A DNA stretch of 64,000 nucleotides from an uncultured Actinomycetes bacterium (GTDB lineage Bacteria; Actinomycetota; Thermoleophilia; Solirubrobacterales; Solirubrobacteraceae), in contig CAVQQA010000005.1 in the NCBI GenBank assembly GCA_963714935.1, forward strand, positions 28,289-92,288, read 5' to 3'. Position numbers and translations under genes: made by a program. The notes under the pieces are model-generated. The model was not told where the DNA came from and did not search any database. It saw only the letters and a program-made list of their open reading frames with translations. Positions 31,584 to 40,826 of the stretch are shown here, in pieces; position 1 is the stretch's first letter, and each line of letters begins with the position of its first letter.

Positions 31584-32417
31584 ATGCTCCGCACGGTCAG
31601 CGGTCGCCTGACGTATTCCAACGTCGTCGCCAGCCTGGCGCTGTTCATCGCGCTCGGAGGGGTCGGCTACGCGGCGGTCAAGCTGCCGAAGAACAGCGTC
31701 GGCAGGAGCCAGATCAAGAAGAACGCCGTCATCGGCTCGAAGGTCCGGACCGGCTCGCTCACCGGCAGCGACGTCAGGAACAGCTCGCTCACCGGCAGCG
31801 ACGTCAGGAACAGCTCACTCACCGGCAGCGACGTCAGGAACAGCTCGCTCACCGGCAGCGACGTCAGGAACAGCTCACTCACCGGCAGCGACGTCAGGAA
31901 CAGCTCGCTCACCGGCACTGACGTCAAGGACGGGTCGTTGAGCGCGAAGGACTTCAGCGGCTCCGTGCAGGGGGCGCCCGGTCCGCCGGGGCCGCCGGGG
32001 CCGCCGGGTGCGAAGGGCGACCCCTTCGATGAGCTGCCGAGCGGGCGCACTCTGAAGGGCGTCTACGACGTGGGCGGCACCGCGACGGGTGCCGAAGGGA
32101 GCCTCGTCCAGCACAGCATCAGCTTCGCGGTGCCGCTGCCCGCAGACCCGACGGCGCACGTGGTCGCCAGTGGTGGCACGCCCCCGGCCGCCTGCGCGGG
32201 GGGCACGCCCGCCGCACCCCGGGCCGACCCCGGGCATCTGTGCGTCTTCGAGCAACTCGGCAGCAACCGCGCAGCGATCGGTCCGGACAACATCACCGAC
32301 CCGACCGAGAACGCTGCGGGGAAGGGCGACAGGACCGGCTTCGGAATCTTCGTCCAGGCGTCGGGCAGTCCGGCGTTCTTCGGAAGCCGCGGAGGCTGGG
32401 CGGCCACCGCGCCGTAG
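31584..32417 (+). CDS. membrane-anchored repeat protein: N-terminal TM helix, 5-6 decapeptide (2x pentapeptide-like) repeats, (GPP)3 collagen-like stretch, C-terminal globular domain
   Basis: Intact 277-aa ORF: NVVASLALFIALGGVGYAA, then (SLTGSDVRNS)x5, then GAPGPPGPPGPPGAKGDP. The C-terminal domain has two Cys. Confidence 0.7.
   Translation: MLRTVSGRLTYSNVVASLALFIALGGVGYAAVKLPKNSVGRSQIKKNAVIGSKVRTGSLTGSDVRNSSLTGSDVRNSSLTGSDVRNSSLTGSDVRNSSLTGSDVRNSSLTGTDVKDGSLSAKDFSGSVQGAPGPPGPPGPPGAKGDPFDELPSGRTLKGVYDVGGTATGAEGSLVQHSISFAVPLPADPTAHVVASGGTPPAACAGGTPAAPRADPGHLCVFEQLGSNRAAIGPDNITDPTENAAGKGDRTGFGIFVQASGSPAFFGSRGGWAATAP
31753..31927 (+). repeat. near-perfect 30-bp tandem repeat (5 full copies plus 1 degenerate) inside CDS 31584-32417
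   Basis: gctc(g/a)ctcaccggcagcgacgtcaggaaca is repeated head to tail. The copies differ only at one g/a position. Confidence 0.9.
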
Positions 32418-32515
32418 CCCGCGTCCAGGGCGAAGCCGTCGGCGGCCGCTCGGCCCGCCCGCCGGCATGACTGCCCATAGACTCGCCCTGCAGCCGCAAC
32501 GCAGGAGCGAACACG

Positions 32516-32887
32516 ATGCAACTCGGGACATTCTCGGTCAGCCTCGCCGTGGACGACATGGCCGCTTCACGCGGGTTCTACGAGAAGCTCGGCTTCGCGA
32601 AGATCGCCGGCGACGGCGAGACCTGGACCATCATGGCGAACGGGACCGCCGCAATCGGCCTCTTCTGCGGGATGTTCGACGCCAACATCCTCACGTTCAA
32701 CCCCGGGTGGGAGGGCCTGGGCAGGCCGTCCGCGTCCTTCACCGACGTCCGTGAGCTCGGCGCTCGGCTCAGAGAAGCCGGGATCGAGCCGAGTGAAGAC
32801 ACGACGGCGGATACGCCGAGCGGGCCCGCGAGCTTCAAGGTCACCGACCCCGACGGCAACGTGATCCTGATCGATCAGCACGTGTGA
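32516..32887 (+). CDS. VOC-family (glyoxalase/bleomycin-resistance fold) protein
   Basis: Intact 123-aa ORF: FSVSLAVDDMAASRGFYEKLGF..FKVTDPDGNVILIDQH. Confidence 0.8.
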   Translation: MQLGTFSVSLAVDDMAASRGFYEKLGFAKIAGDGETWTIMANGTAAIGLFCGMFDANILTFNPGWEGLGRPSASFTDVRELGARLREAGIEPSEDTTADTPSGPASFKVTDPDGNVILIDQHV

Positions 32888-32893
32888 TCTCGC

Positions 32894-33529
32894 ATGCGTG
32901 ACGACGGCCGAGCGCTGGCTTCGCGGCTCGCCGGCCAGGTCCGCGACGAGCGCGTGCTGCTCGCCATCGCCGAGACCCCTCGTGAGCTGTTCGTCCCTCC
33001 CGAGCTGCGTGAACGCGCCTACGCAAACCGAGCGCTCCCGATCGCATGCGGGCAGACGATCTCCCAGCCGCTCGTCGTCGCCCGGATGGCCGAGCTGCTG
33101 TCGCCGCGACCCGGCGATCGCGTGCTCGACGTCGGGACGGGGTCCGGCTACCACGCTGCCGTCCTTGCGGCGCTCGCAGGCCACGTCTGGTCGATCGAGC
33201 GCCACGAGGAGCTGTCCCGCAGCGCCGCGGCGGCGCTCGAAGCTGCCGGAGTCACCAACGTCACGTGCCTCGTAGGTGACGGGACCGCGGGGCTCCCGGA
33301 TGCGGCGCCGTTCGACGCGATCAACGTTGCGGCCGCCGCAGCGTCTCCCGCACTCGAGCGCCTCGCCGAGCAGATCGCTCCCGGAGGCAGGCTCGTCGCG
33401 CCCGTGAGCCGTCTGGGCGGACAGCGCCTGGTCGTAGCCAGGCGGCCCGCCTCAGGCGGGCCGCCCTCGTGGGAGTCCTTCGAAGCGGTCCGTTTCGTAC
33501 CGCTGATCGGCAACGATCCGGATCTCTAG
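32894..33529 (+). CDS. pcm: protein-L-isoaspartate O-methyltransferase
   Basis: RELFVPPELRERAYANRALPIACGQTISQPLVVARM..VLDVGTGSGYHAAVLA (SAM motif I). Confidence 0.9.
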   Translation: MRDDGRALASRLAGQVRDERVLLAIAETPRELFVPPELRERAYANRALPIACGQTISQPLVVARMAELLSPRPGDRVLDVGTGSGYHAAVLAALAGHVWSIERHEELSRSAAAALEAAGVTNVTCLVGDGTAGLPDAAPFDAINVAAAAASPALERLAEQIAPGGRLVAPVSRLGGQRLVVARRPASGGPPSWESFEAVRFVPLIGNDPDL

Positions 33530-35619
33530 TCGTCGCTCTTCCGGTGGCCGCCGGAACGACGAGACCGCAGCCTCAGCGGAGCGCTGTGCACGGACCCGTC
33601 GTCGAGGCTTACGCGGACCTCGTACTTCCCGGGCCCGGGCAGCCTGCGCGTGTTGAGGACGTATAGGTAGCGGCCCCGGCCCAGCGGGCGGAAGACATCA
33701 CGCGAGGCCCGGCGAGCAGCTCGGCGCGCGGTTCTGCGCCCAAGCAGCGAAGCCGCCTCCGCTCCGGCCTCGGCCTTGACGACCGTCAACCGGGCGACGG
33801 CCTTCGAGACCGGCCTGCCGTCGGCGTCGGTGAGGCGAAAGCGCAGCGGGATGCGAGACCCGTGGCGGAAGCTCCACTTGTGCAGGTTCCGAAGACCCCT
33901 GAACACGTACTTCGACGTCGCCGCGGGCGCCTTCACGGTGTACGCGCAGTCGGCGCTGCCGCGATTGCCCAGCTTGTCGTAGGCGGTCACCGTCGTGGTC
34001 CGATCGCCCTCGACATCCGTGCTCGTAACGCCCGTCGCAGTCGGTGAGGCGGGACCGGAGTGAGCGTCGGTCACGGTGGCGACGACGGGAGTCGCGGCGC
34101 CGCCGAGATCGAGCACGGGCGGTGCCGGGCAGGTGATCACCGGTCCGGCGAGATCCACCTTGGCCTTCAGCGCCGCGGCCGTCGCGGTGTTCCCGGCGAG
34201 GTCGCCGACGTCGTAGGTCCCGGTCATCGCCTGCGGGTCACCGGATCCGTCCGCGACGGATGTCGACAGATAGAACGTCGCATCGGCGCCGTTCGCCAGC
34301 CCCGACCCTCCGTCACTTGCCGAGCACGTGAAGAAGACGTTGAACGCGACCCAGTCGGACGGCCCTGCCAGGCACGAGATCGACGGCGCGGTCAGGTCGA
34401 CCGGAAGCGTGACCGGGAAGGCCGGTGATCCCGGTCCGGCTCCCACGTTGGACGGGGAGGACCCGTCGCCGGCGGTGCAGACGACGTTGTAGACCCCGTC
34501 CTGCAGCGTGAAGGTGCCGGGCGCCCCGCCCGTGTCGGCAAGCACCGTGGCGCCGTCAGCGCTGCATGAGAGCGAGGTCACGCCGCTCGGGTCGCTCGCC
34601 GCCACATCGACCGTCACGCCGCCGGGGCTGTCGGCGCTCGAGAACCACGCCCCTGACGGGGGAGCGAGCGGTGTCATCGTGATCACCGGCGGCTCCGTGT
34701 CGGCAGCCCCGCCGATCGCCACGCCGAAGACGCCGGCGTCGTCGAAGATGAGTTCGTGCTGAACGGCGGCGAGGCTGCCGTCGGCCGCCAGCCGTGCGCG
34801 GCTCAACGAGCCCATCGGTGGGCGGCTGGAGCTTGCGTTGGTCCAGAAGACCTCGGTGCCGGCCACGGCGACGCCCGCCGGGTCCTGGGCACCGGTGATG
34901 AAGGTCTGGTCGATGCCGCTGAGCGATCCGTCGCCCTCGATCTGGGCGCGGCCGATGCTGTTGCCGAACGAGTTGGCCCAGTAGAGCCGGTTGCCGGCGA
35001 CGGCGATCCCGGCGGCGCCGTTCACGGTGAGGAGGTTCGGCTCGACGCTGGAGACGCTGCCGTCGGATGCCAGTGCGGCGCGACCGATGCGCCCCATGTC
35101 GAAGTCCGTCCAGTAGATCGCGTCGTCCGCGACCGCGAGGCCCTCGATGTAGCCCGCTCCGGTCACGAGCGACGACTCGACCGCGCCGAGACTTCCGTCG
35201 GCGGCTATCGCGGCACGACCGATCGTTCCGCCGACCGTGCCCCAGTAGATGTGGTCCTTGTCGGCTGCGACGGCGAAGACCCCGTCGACTCCGGTGACGA
35301 AAGCGGCGTCGACCCCGGCCGGTGTGGCACCCGAGACGTCGGCGCGGCCGATCGCGCCAGTGTCGTAATCGGCCCAGTAGAGGCGGCTCTCGGCGGCGGC
35401 CACGCCGAACGGCCCGACGGGCGCTCCGATGAACGACGGCATCGCTGACGCGCCGGTGTTGTCGGCTCGGCCGATCCGGCCGTTGTCGTAGTTGCCCCAG
35501 AAGACCGCCGCCTGCGCGGTCGCCGTGGTCGCAGCGAGCGCAGCGGCTGCAAGCGCGGCTGCAAGAAGTGTGCGAACGGCAGTGTTGATGCGGTTTCCCG
35601 CGGTTTCCCCTCGTGTCAT
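33526..35619 (-). CDS. secreted surface protein: signal peptide, six YWTD/LDL-receptor-class-B-like propeller blades, Ig/HYR-like domains, basic C-terminal module
   Basis: ATG at 35619 (MTRGETAGNRINTAVRTLLAAALAAAALAATTATAQA|AVFW). Repeats include LYWADYDTGAIGRADVSG, IYWTDFDMGRIGRAAL, LYWANSFGNSIGRAQIEGDG and VFWTN. Intact 697 aa. Confidence 0.7.
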   Translation of the reverse strand: MTRGETAGNRINTAVRTLLAAALAAAALAATTATAQAAVFWGNYDNGRIGRADNTGASAMPSFIGAPVGPFGVAAAESRLYWADYDTGAIGRADVSGATPAGVDAAFVTGVDGVFAVAADKDHIYWGTVGGTIGRAAIAADGSLGAVESSLVTGAGYIEGLAVADDAIYWTDFDMGRIGRAALASDGSVSSVEPNLLTVNGAAGIAVAGNRLYWANSFGNSIGRAQIEGDGSLSGIDQTFITGAQDPAGVAVAGTEVFWTNASSSRPPMGSLSRARLAADGSLAAVQHELIFDDAGVFGVAIGGAADTEPPVITMTPLAPPSGAWFSSADSPGGVTVDVAASDPSGVTSLSCSADGATVLADTGGAPGTFTLQDGVYNVVCTAGDGSSPSNVGAGPGSPAFPVTLPVDLTAPSISCLAGPSDWVAFNVFFTCSASDGGSGLANGADATFYLSTSVADGSGDPQAMTGTYDVGDLAGNTATAAALKAKVDLAGPVITCPAPPVLDLGGAATPVVATVTDAHSGPASPTATGVTSTDVEGDRTTTVTAYDKLGNRGSADCAYTVKAPAATSKYVFRGLRNLHKWSFRHGSRIPLRFRLTDADGRPVSKAVARLTVVKAEAGAEAASLLGRRTARRAARRASRDVFRPLGRGRYLYVLNTRRLPGPGKYEVRVSLDDGSVHSAPLRLRSRRSGGHRKSDD

Positions 35620-35894
35620 GCGCGCTGCCTCGGCATGGGGGCGTCGAGGCTTGATCTTCGGCTGCGCGTGCCTGCCTCGACCGCGGCGCGTCCGAGGCTC
35701 CCCGGCAGCGCGAGCGGCAAGCACGCGACGGTGACCGGCGACGGTCACGAGACGAGCGGCGACGGCGCCGGTTTGGCCGATTTCTGGACGCCGGTGGACG
35801 ATCGGTCGATGCGTTCAAGCGTGTTCCGAAGGCTGCCGACACACGCCGCAACCCCGCAGTCAACTCGCGACGTCGACCTCCGGAGCCCTTTCAC

Positions 35895-37517
35895 ATGCCC
35901 AGCCGTACGCTGTCCTCCCTCACCAGGCGCATCCTGACCGCCCTCTGCCTGACCGCCGCGCTGCCCGCCGGCTCCGCAGTGGCTGCGCAACCGGCCTACT
36001 TCCCGTCAGGCCCGCAGAGCGGTGTCGCGAAGAGTTCCCTGACGGGCTGGCAGGAGTGCTACGCCGGCCCGTACAACGTGTCGACTCCGCTCGCTGACGT
36101 CCTCGCGTCCTGCGACGGCCAGTACCTCTTGATGGCCGGCAGCGTGGCGGGCAGCGACACGCTCTCCGTGCTCGCCGCCGGCGCCCGCGCCGATGTGCTG
36201 TTCGACACCGGCAAGAACCAGACCACGCCGCACGACGCGAACGGCGTCGGCTGGTACTACGAGAACGACTACTCGTGGGGGTTCGCTCCGCAGGGCGACA
36301 CGATCTTCCGCGACGAGTGCGACCAGGTCACCGGTGCGCTGCGCCTGTGCTGGCAGACGAACTACGTGCCGGGCGACCCGAACTACCCGGTGGGCGGCCT
36401 GAACCCCGGCTACCGGCTCGGCAACATCTTCGACCTCTACGACTCGTCCGGCGCCGGCTACACGCGCCACGTCTACGAGGAGGCCGGCAGCGCCGCGTCA
36501 GCGACGCCTTCGCTGACGACGTTCGCCGCTCAGCCGATGAGCACGGTCAGCCCGGCCAAGACGATCACGATCACCAACAACTCGGGTACGCCGATGGTGA
36601 TCACCGACCTGTCGCTCTCGGGAACGGATCCCGGTGACTTCCATCTCGGGTACACCAACTGCTTCCAGTCGATCGCGCCGGCCGGCACATGCCGGGCGAC
36701 GGTGGCGTTCGCGCCCCAGTCCAAGACCGGCACGCCGCCCGTTCCGGACCTTCGCAGCGCGTCGATCGGCTTCGCCGCGAACATCTCCTCCAACACGGTC
36801 TCGCTGGGCGGTACGGCGACCGCACTGCCCTCGGGCCCCGCCGGCCCGCAGGGCGCGACCGGCGCCACGGGCGCGACCGGAGCCACCGGAGCGACCGGCC
36901 CGACCGGCCCGACCGGCCCGCAGGGCGCGACCGGAGCGACCGGAGCGACCGGCGCCACGGGCGCCACGGGCGCGACCGGTGCCACGGGCGCCACGGGCGC
37001 GACCGGGGCGACCGGAGCTGCCGGTCCGCAGGGAGCCACCGGTCCGCAGGGACCGGCCGGCGATCCCGGTGGACCTCAGGGCCCCGCGGGTCCTGCGGGC
37101 GCCCCCGGTCCTGCAGGCACCCCCGGTCCCGCCGGTATCCCCGGTCCCGCCGGGACCCCCGGCGCCACGGGTGCACCCGGCCCCGCCGGCCCCAAGGGCG
37201 ACCGCGGTCCCCGCGGCAAGAGCGCCCCGAAGGCCAAGGTCAGGTGCCGCAAGTCCAAGAAGGCCAAGAAGACCTGCAGGATGCTCTTCCCGGCGAAGTC
37301 GTGGAAGGCCAGCGCCTCGGCAACAGCCAGCTACCGCATTTCGCGCAAGGGCAAGGTCATCGCCGCCGGGCTCGGCACGGTCCGCCGCTCCCGCACATCG
37401 ACATTCCGGCTGAATCGCACGCGCAAGCTGCGCCGCGGTACTTACACCCTGACGCTGCGCGCTCGTGACCGCGCGCGCCGCATGGTGACCATTCGCGGCA
37501 CCGTTCGCGTTCCCTGA
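35895..37517 (+). CDS. secreted collagen-like triple-helix-repeat protein with an N-terminal globular part, a HYDIN/choice-of-anchor-D-like beta-sandwich and a Lys/Arg-rich C-terminal module
   Basis: Signal peptide ..LPAGSAVA|[46 protein letters not shown], then about 42 G-X-Y triplets (36834-37219, mostly GAT/GPQ/GPA), then [17 protein letters not shown]. Intact 540 aa. Confidence 0.8.
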   Translation: MPSRTLSSLTRRILTALCLTAALPAGSAVAAQPAYFPSGPQSGVAKSSLTGWQECYAGPYNVSTPLADVLASCDGQYLLMAGSVAGSDTLSVLAAGARADVLFDTGKNQTTPHDANGVGWYYENDYSWGFAPQGDTIFRDECDQVTGALRLCWQTNYVPGDPNYPVGGLNPGYRLGNIFDLYDSSGAGYTRHVYEEAGSAASATPSLTTFAAQPMSTVSPAKTITITNNSGTPMVITDLSLSGTDPGDFHLGYTNCFQSIAPAGTCRATVAFAPQSKTGTPPVPDLRSASIGFAANISSNTVSLGGTATALPSGPAGPQGATGATGATGATGATGPTGPTGPQGATGATGATGATGATGATGATGATGATGATGAAGPQGATGPQGPAGDPGGPQGPAGPAGAPGPAGTPGPAGIPGPAGTPGATGAPGPAGPKGDRGPRGKSAPKAKVRCRKSKKAKKTCRMLFPAKSWKASASATASYRISRKGKVIAAGLGTVRRSRTSTFRLNRTRKLRRGTYTLTLRARDRARRMVTIRGTVRVP

Positions 37518-37633
37518 TGAACTCACCACCCGCGCCCGGCCGGGCGGGCGGGCATCGTCCGTCCGTCCGTTCGTGCGCGCAATGGGGTCAAGACCCTCTC
37601 AAGGCGTGCCGACGCGCGACCGATCGGTAAGCC

Positions 37634-38218
37634 ATGCCCGCCGTGCATATCAGCGCGCGCCACCGCGTCGGCGCTGAAGAGGGCTTCACGCTCGTAGAGC
37701 TTCTCGCCGCCATGGCGATCAGCCTCGTCATCGCCGCGGGAGCCCTGACCCTGCTCGAAGCGGCGGCGCCCTCGGCCGATCGTGAGCTCCAGCGACAGGT
37801 CGCCATCGGCGAGGGCCGGTCGGGAGTGGAACGAATGATCCGCGAGCTGCGCAACGCCGACATCGTGAACGCGACATCCCCCACGCTGATCGACGTGAAC
37901 ACACCCACCGCCTCCGGGCCGCTGCGCGTCGTCTATCAGTGCAACTCGGCCTTCCAGGCGGTGCAGTACCGACAGTGCGTGCGCTACTCCGGACCCGTCG
38001 GGGGCGCCGTGTCAGACGGCAGCGTGGTCGTGGAGCGCCTGATCAACGGCACGACTTCGCAGCCCGTCTTCACCTACGTCCCCGACCGGATCCGGCCGCG
38101 CGTCGTGCGCGTCCAGGTCGTACTCCCGGCCAGCGGCGGCCCGGCGCCCGGTTACATGCACCGGATCGTGCTCCGCGATGCCGCCTTCCTTCGAAACCTC
38201 GATCTGACGGGCGGATGA
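37634..38218 (+). CDS. type IV prepilin-like protein (PilW/GspJ-like minor pilin)
   Basis: The leader ..RVGAEEG|FTLVELLAAMAISLVIAAGALTLL is the N-terminal cleavage/methylation motif with Glu+5. 194 aa, intact. Confidence 0.75.
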   Translation: MPAVHISARHRVGAEEGFTLVELLAAMAISLVIAAGALTLLEAAAPSADRELQRQVAIGEGRSGVERMIRELRNADIVNATSPTLIDVNTPTASGPLRVVYQCNSAFQAVQYRQCVRYSGPVGGAVSDGSVVVERLINGTTSQPVFTYVPDRIRPRVVRVQVVLPASGGPAPGYMHRIVLRDAAFLRNLDLTGG

Positions 38219-39480
38219 CGATGCGACACGAAGACGGAGCGACGCTGATCGAGGCCATCATGGCGATGCTCGTACTCGTCCTCGGCGTGATCGGCAGCTT
38301 CACCACCTTCGACGGTGTTCAGCGCCTCGGGATGCTCGGCGAGAAGAAGCAGTCGGCCACTCGCTACGTGCAGTCCGAGATCGAGCAGGCCCGCAACCTG
38401 GGCTGGGCCAATCTCAAGATGAGCGCGACGCCGCCGGCGTCGTCTGACTCACGCGGCGTCGTTTCGGGCTCGACCTACGCGCCGCCGAACGGCGTTGCGC
38501 AGACCATGGTCGTCTCGCCGACGCCGCTCAGCTGCACCAACACGACCTGCGTGAACCCCGGGCCCGAGACGTGGACCTACGGGAGCGCGAGTGGATCCGT
38601 GTACCGCTACGTGACCTCCTCGCAGGACACGCTGTGCGGCTCGGCCTGCCCGGCGGGAGGCACCGACCACCTGCGGGTCACGATCGCGGTGACGATCAAC
38701 GGGCCGAACGCACCGAAGGCGGCGATCGTCACCTCCACGGTCGTCATCGACCCGGCCGCGGCGCCCAGCAACGCCACCCAGAACTCCAACCCGGTCAGCT
38801 CCAGCAGCGGCACGTCGATCGGCGGCGCCACCGGCACCACCTACTACCTCAGCGATACGCCAACCGGCCAGAGCTACGCCGCCCCGGCGACGGCCCACGC
38901 CACGCGCGACACGATTGGCGCGACGGGTGTTCCCGACCAACTGCGTACCGACGCGCCGACCTTTCCCGAATCGGGATCTCCGACCGCGGTCTCGTACTCG
39001 ACCGACGTACCGCCGCAAAGCGACGGCGGTCTCGGCCTGACTGCCAGCGCCGCCTGCAACGGAAGCACGGTCACGACCTCCCACCGCTGGGTGACGCCGA
39101 TCCTCGACGCTTCGGGAGCAGTGACGGCGACCGGCAACGCGGCCCTCTCGATGCCGACCTCACTGCTTGATGCCGACGCTGCGACCGGAGCGCCCGGGCA
39201 ACTCTGCATCAAGGTCTACAGCGTCGCGCTCAACGGCTCGGACCAGGTGTCTTCGAGCACCTTGCTCGGTTCGTTCAGCTACCAGCTCGCGGCCTGGCCT
39301 GAGACGGCTGAGTTGCTCTCCTTCCCGTTCCGCTACCTGGCAACCGGGACGACGGCGAGCCTGCCGGCCGGCAGGCGCCTGATGGTCGAGCTGACCGCGG
39401 ACAGCGCCAGCTCCCAGGGTCTGGTCCTCATCTACGACCACCCGAACTTCCCTGCATCCGTACAGCTGGAGACCCAGTGA
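38215..39480 (+). CDS. type IV prepilin-like protein (PilV-like minor pilin with a large Ser/Thr-rich C-terminal domain)
   Basis: The ATG at 38215 overlaps the previous stop (ATGA). MTMRHEDG|ATLIEAIMAMLVLVLGVIGSF. 421 aa, intact. Confidence 0.65.
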   Translation: MTMRHEDGATLIEAIMAMLVLVLGVIGSFTTFDGVQRLGMLGEKKQSATRYVQSEIEQARNLGWANLKMSATPPASSDSRGVVSGSTYAPPNGVAQTMVVSPTPLSCTNTTCVNPGPETWTYGSASGSVYRYVTSSQDTLCGSACPAGGTDHLRVTIAVTINGPNAPKAAIVTSTVVIDPAAAPSNATQNSNPVSSSSGTSIGGATGTTYYLSDTPTGQSYAAPATAHATRDTIGATGVPDQLRTDAPTFPESGSPTAVSYSTDVPPQSDGGLGLTASAACNGSTVTTSHRWVTPILDASGAVTATGNAALSMPTSLLDADAATGAPGQLCIKVYSVALNGSDQVSSSTLLGSFSYQLAAWPETAELLSFPFRYLATGTTASLPAGRRLMVELTADSASSQGLVLIYDHPNFPASVQLETQ

Positions 39481-40823
39481 TGAAGCCCATGCCACAGCTC
39501 GCTCGCGAGGACGGGTTCTCGATGTACATCGTCGTCATGGTGATGATGGTGCTCCTGACGCTCGGCGCGGCACTCTCCGCGGCCGGACACCAGTCCTCGA
39601 CCGGGATCAACCAGGACGAGGCCGCCGTGCGCGCGCTCCAGGCCGCGGAGTCCGGAGCGCAGGCCGCCGTCCACCGGCTGAACCTGCAGCAGCCCGGTGA
39701 CACCAAGTGCATCACGACGACGATCGCCGACCCGCAGAGTGGGAACGCATGGTGTGCGCAGACCAGCGCGGAATCGGTCGGCAACGGGGCCTCGTACCGC
39801 TACCAGACCTCGACCCCGGTGACGAACGGCTGCACCGGCGGCAGCTTCGGCTCGGCGACCGTCGAGCGCTGCGTCGTGTCCGTGGGGACCGCTGGCGGCG
39901 TCACGCGCCGCGTGATCCAGCGCGTGGTCTCCTCGTCCGGCGCCGACCCCTTCCCGGTCAACGGCATCGTCGGCAAGGACTTCATCAAGGCGAAGAACAA
40001 CAACAATGTCGGCGGCGGCGTCGGGACCAACGGCCAGCTCGAACTGGGGAACAACAGCACGATCACCGGCAACGTCCAGCTCTGGCAGGGTGCACCCAAC
40101 CCGATCGGCTACTCGGGGCCGGTGCAGCGCAACCCGCAGCCGTTCGTGCTGAGCCCGCCAAACATGCTCAACCCGGCGACACTGCTCGACTCCAACGCCA
40201 GCAACGACAACGGCCGTCTCGTCTCGGGGGCGAGCCCCGCGGACAGCTGCTCGAGCGGGTCCGGGGCCTGCTACGTCAACACCCCTGCCTCGCCGCGGAA
40301 GCTGACGATGGCCAACAACAAGAGCGTCACGCTGGGCGGGAGCGTCTACAACTTCTGCCAGATCAGCTTCGGCAACGGCGCCTCGGTCAACATCGCGGCC
40401 GGCGCCAGCACGCTGATCTACATCGATTCGCCCACGCGCCCGGGCTCAGGCTGCGTGGCCGGTCAGGGAGGCATATCGACCGGCAACAACGCGACCTTCT
40501 CGAACCCTTCGAACGACCCGCGCGCCTTGCTGATCGTGATCTACGGCCAGGCTCCCGCCTGGCCGGTCATCGACCTTCCGAACAACATCACCACCTACGG
40601 CGGGATCTACGCCCCCGACACGGGCATCCAGTTCAAGAACAACGGGACCTTCGTCGGCGGCATCACCGCAAAGAGCATCGAGTTCAAGAACAACGCGTTC
40701 ACCTGGGACTCGCGGCTCTCGACGACCATGCTCGCGACCACGCTCGTCTACTACCGCGGCGCATGGCGGCAGTGCAATTCGCGCGTGCAGAGCACGAGCG
40801 CTCCGGCCACGGGCTGCCTCTGA
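39477..40823 (+). CDS. PilX-N-like pseudopilin with an Asn/Gly-rich beta-helix-like C-terminal domain
   Basis: The GTG at 39477 overlaps the previous stop (GTGA); an ATG lies 3 nt later. ..LAREDG|FSMYIVVMVMMVLLTLGAALS..QAAESGAQAAV (PilX_N-like). The C-terminus has GGIYAPDTGIQFKNNGTFVGGITAKSIEFKNNAFTWD. 448 aa, intact. Confidence 0.65.
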   Translation: MMKPMPQLAREDGFSMYIVVMVMMVLLTLGAALSAAGHQSSTGINQDEAAVRALQAAESGAQAAVHRLNLQQPGDTKCITTTIADPQSGNAWCAQTSAESVGNGASYRYQTSTPVTNGCTGGSFGSATVERCVVSVGTAGGVTRRVIQRVVSSSGADPFPVNGIVGKDFIKAKNNNNVGGGVGTNGQLELGNNSTITGNVQLWQGAPNPIGYSGPVQRNPQPFVLSPPNMLNPATLLDSNASNDNGRLVSGASPADSCSSGSGACYVNTPASPRKLTMANNKSVTLGGSVYNFCQISFGNGASVNIAAGASTLIYIDSPTRPGSGCVAGQGGISTGNNATFSNPSNDPRALLIVIYGQAPAWPVIDLPNNITTYGGIYAPDTGIQFKNNGTFVGGITAKSIEFKNNAFTWDSRLSTTMLATTLVYYRGAWRQCNSRVQSTSAPATGCL

Positions 40824-40826
40824 GCC

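Noticed and set aside
37518-37633. The GC-rich palindrome cccgcgcccggccgggcgggcggg after the collagen gene as a terminator separating it from the pilin genes
   Set aside because: The stem is short and imperfect with no U-tract. I cannot decide from sequence alone whether transcription stops here, so co-transcription with the pilin trio remains open.
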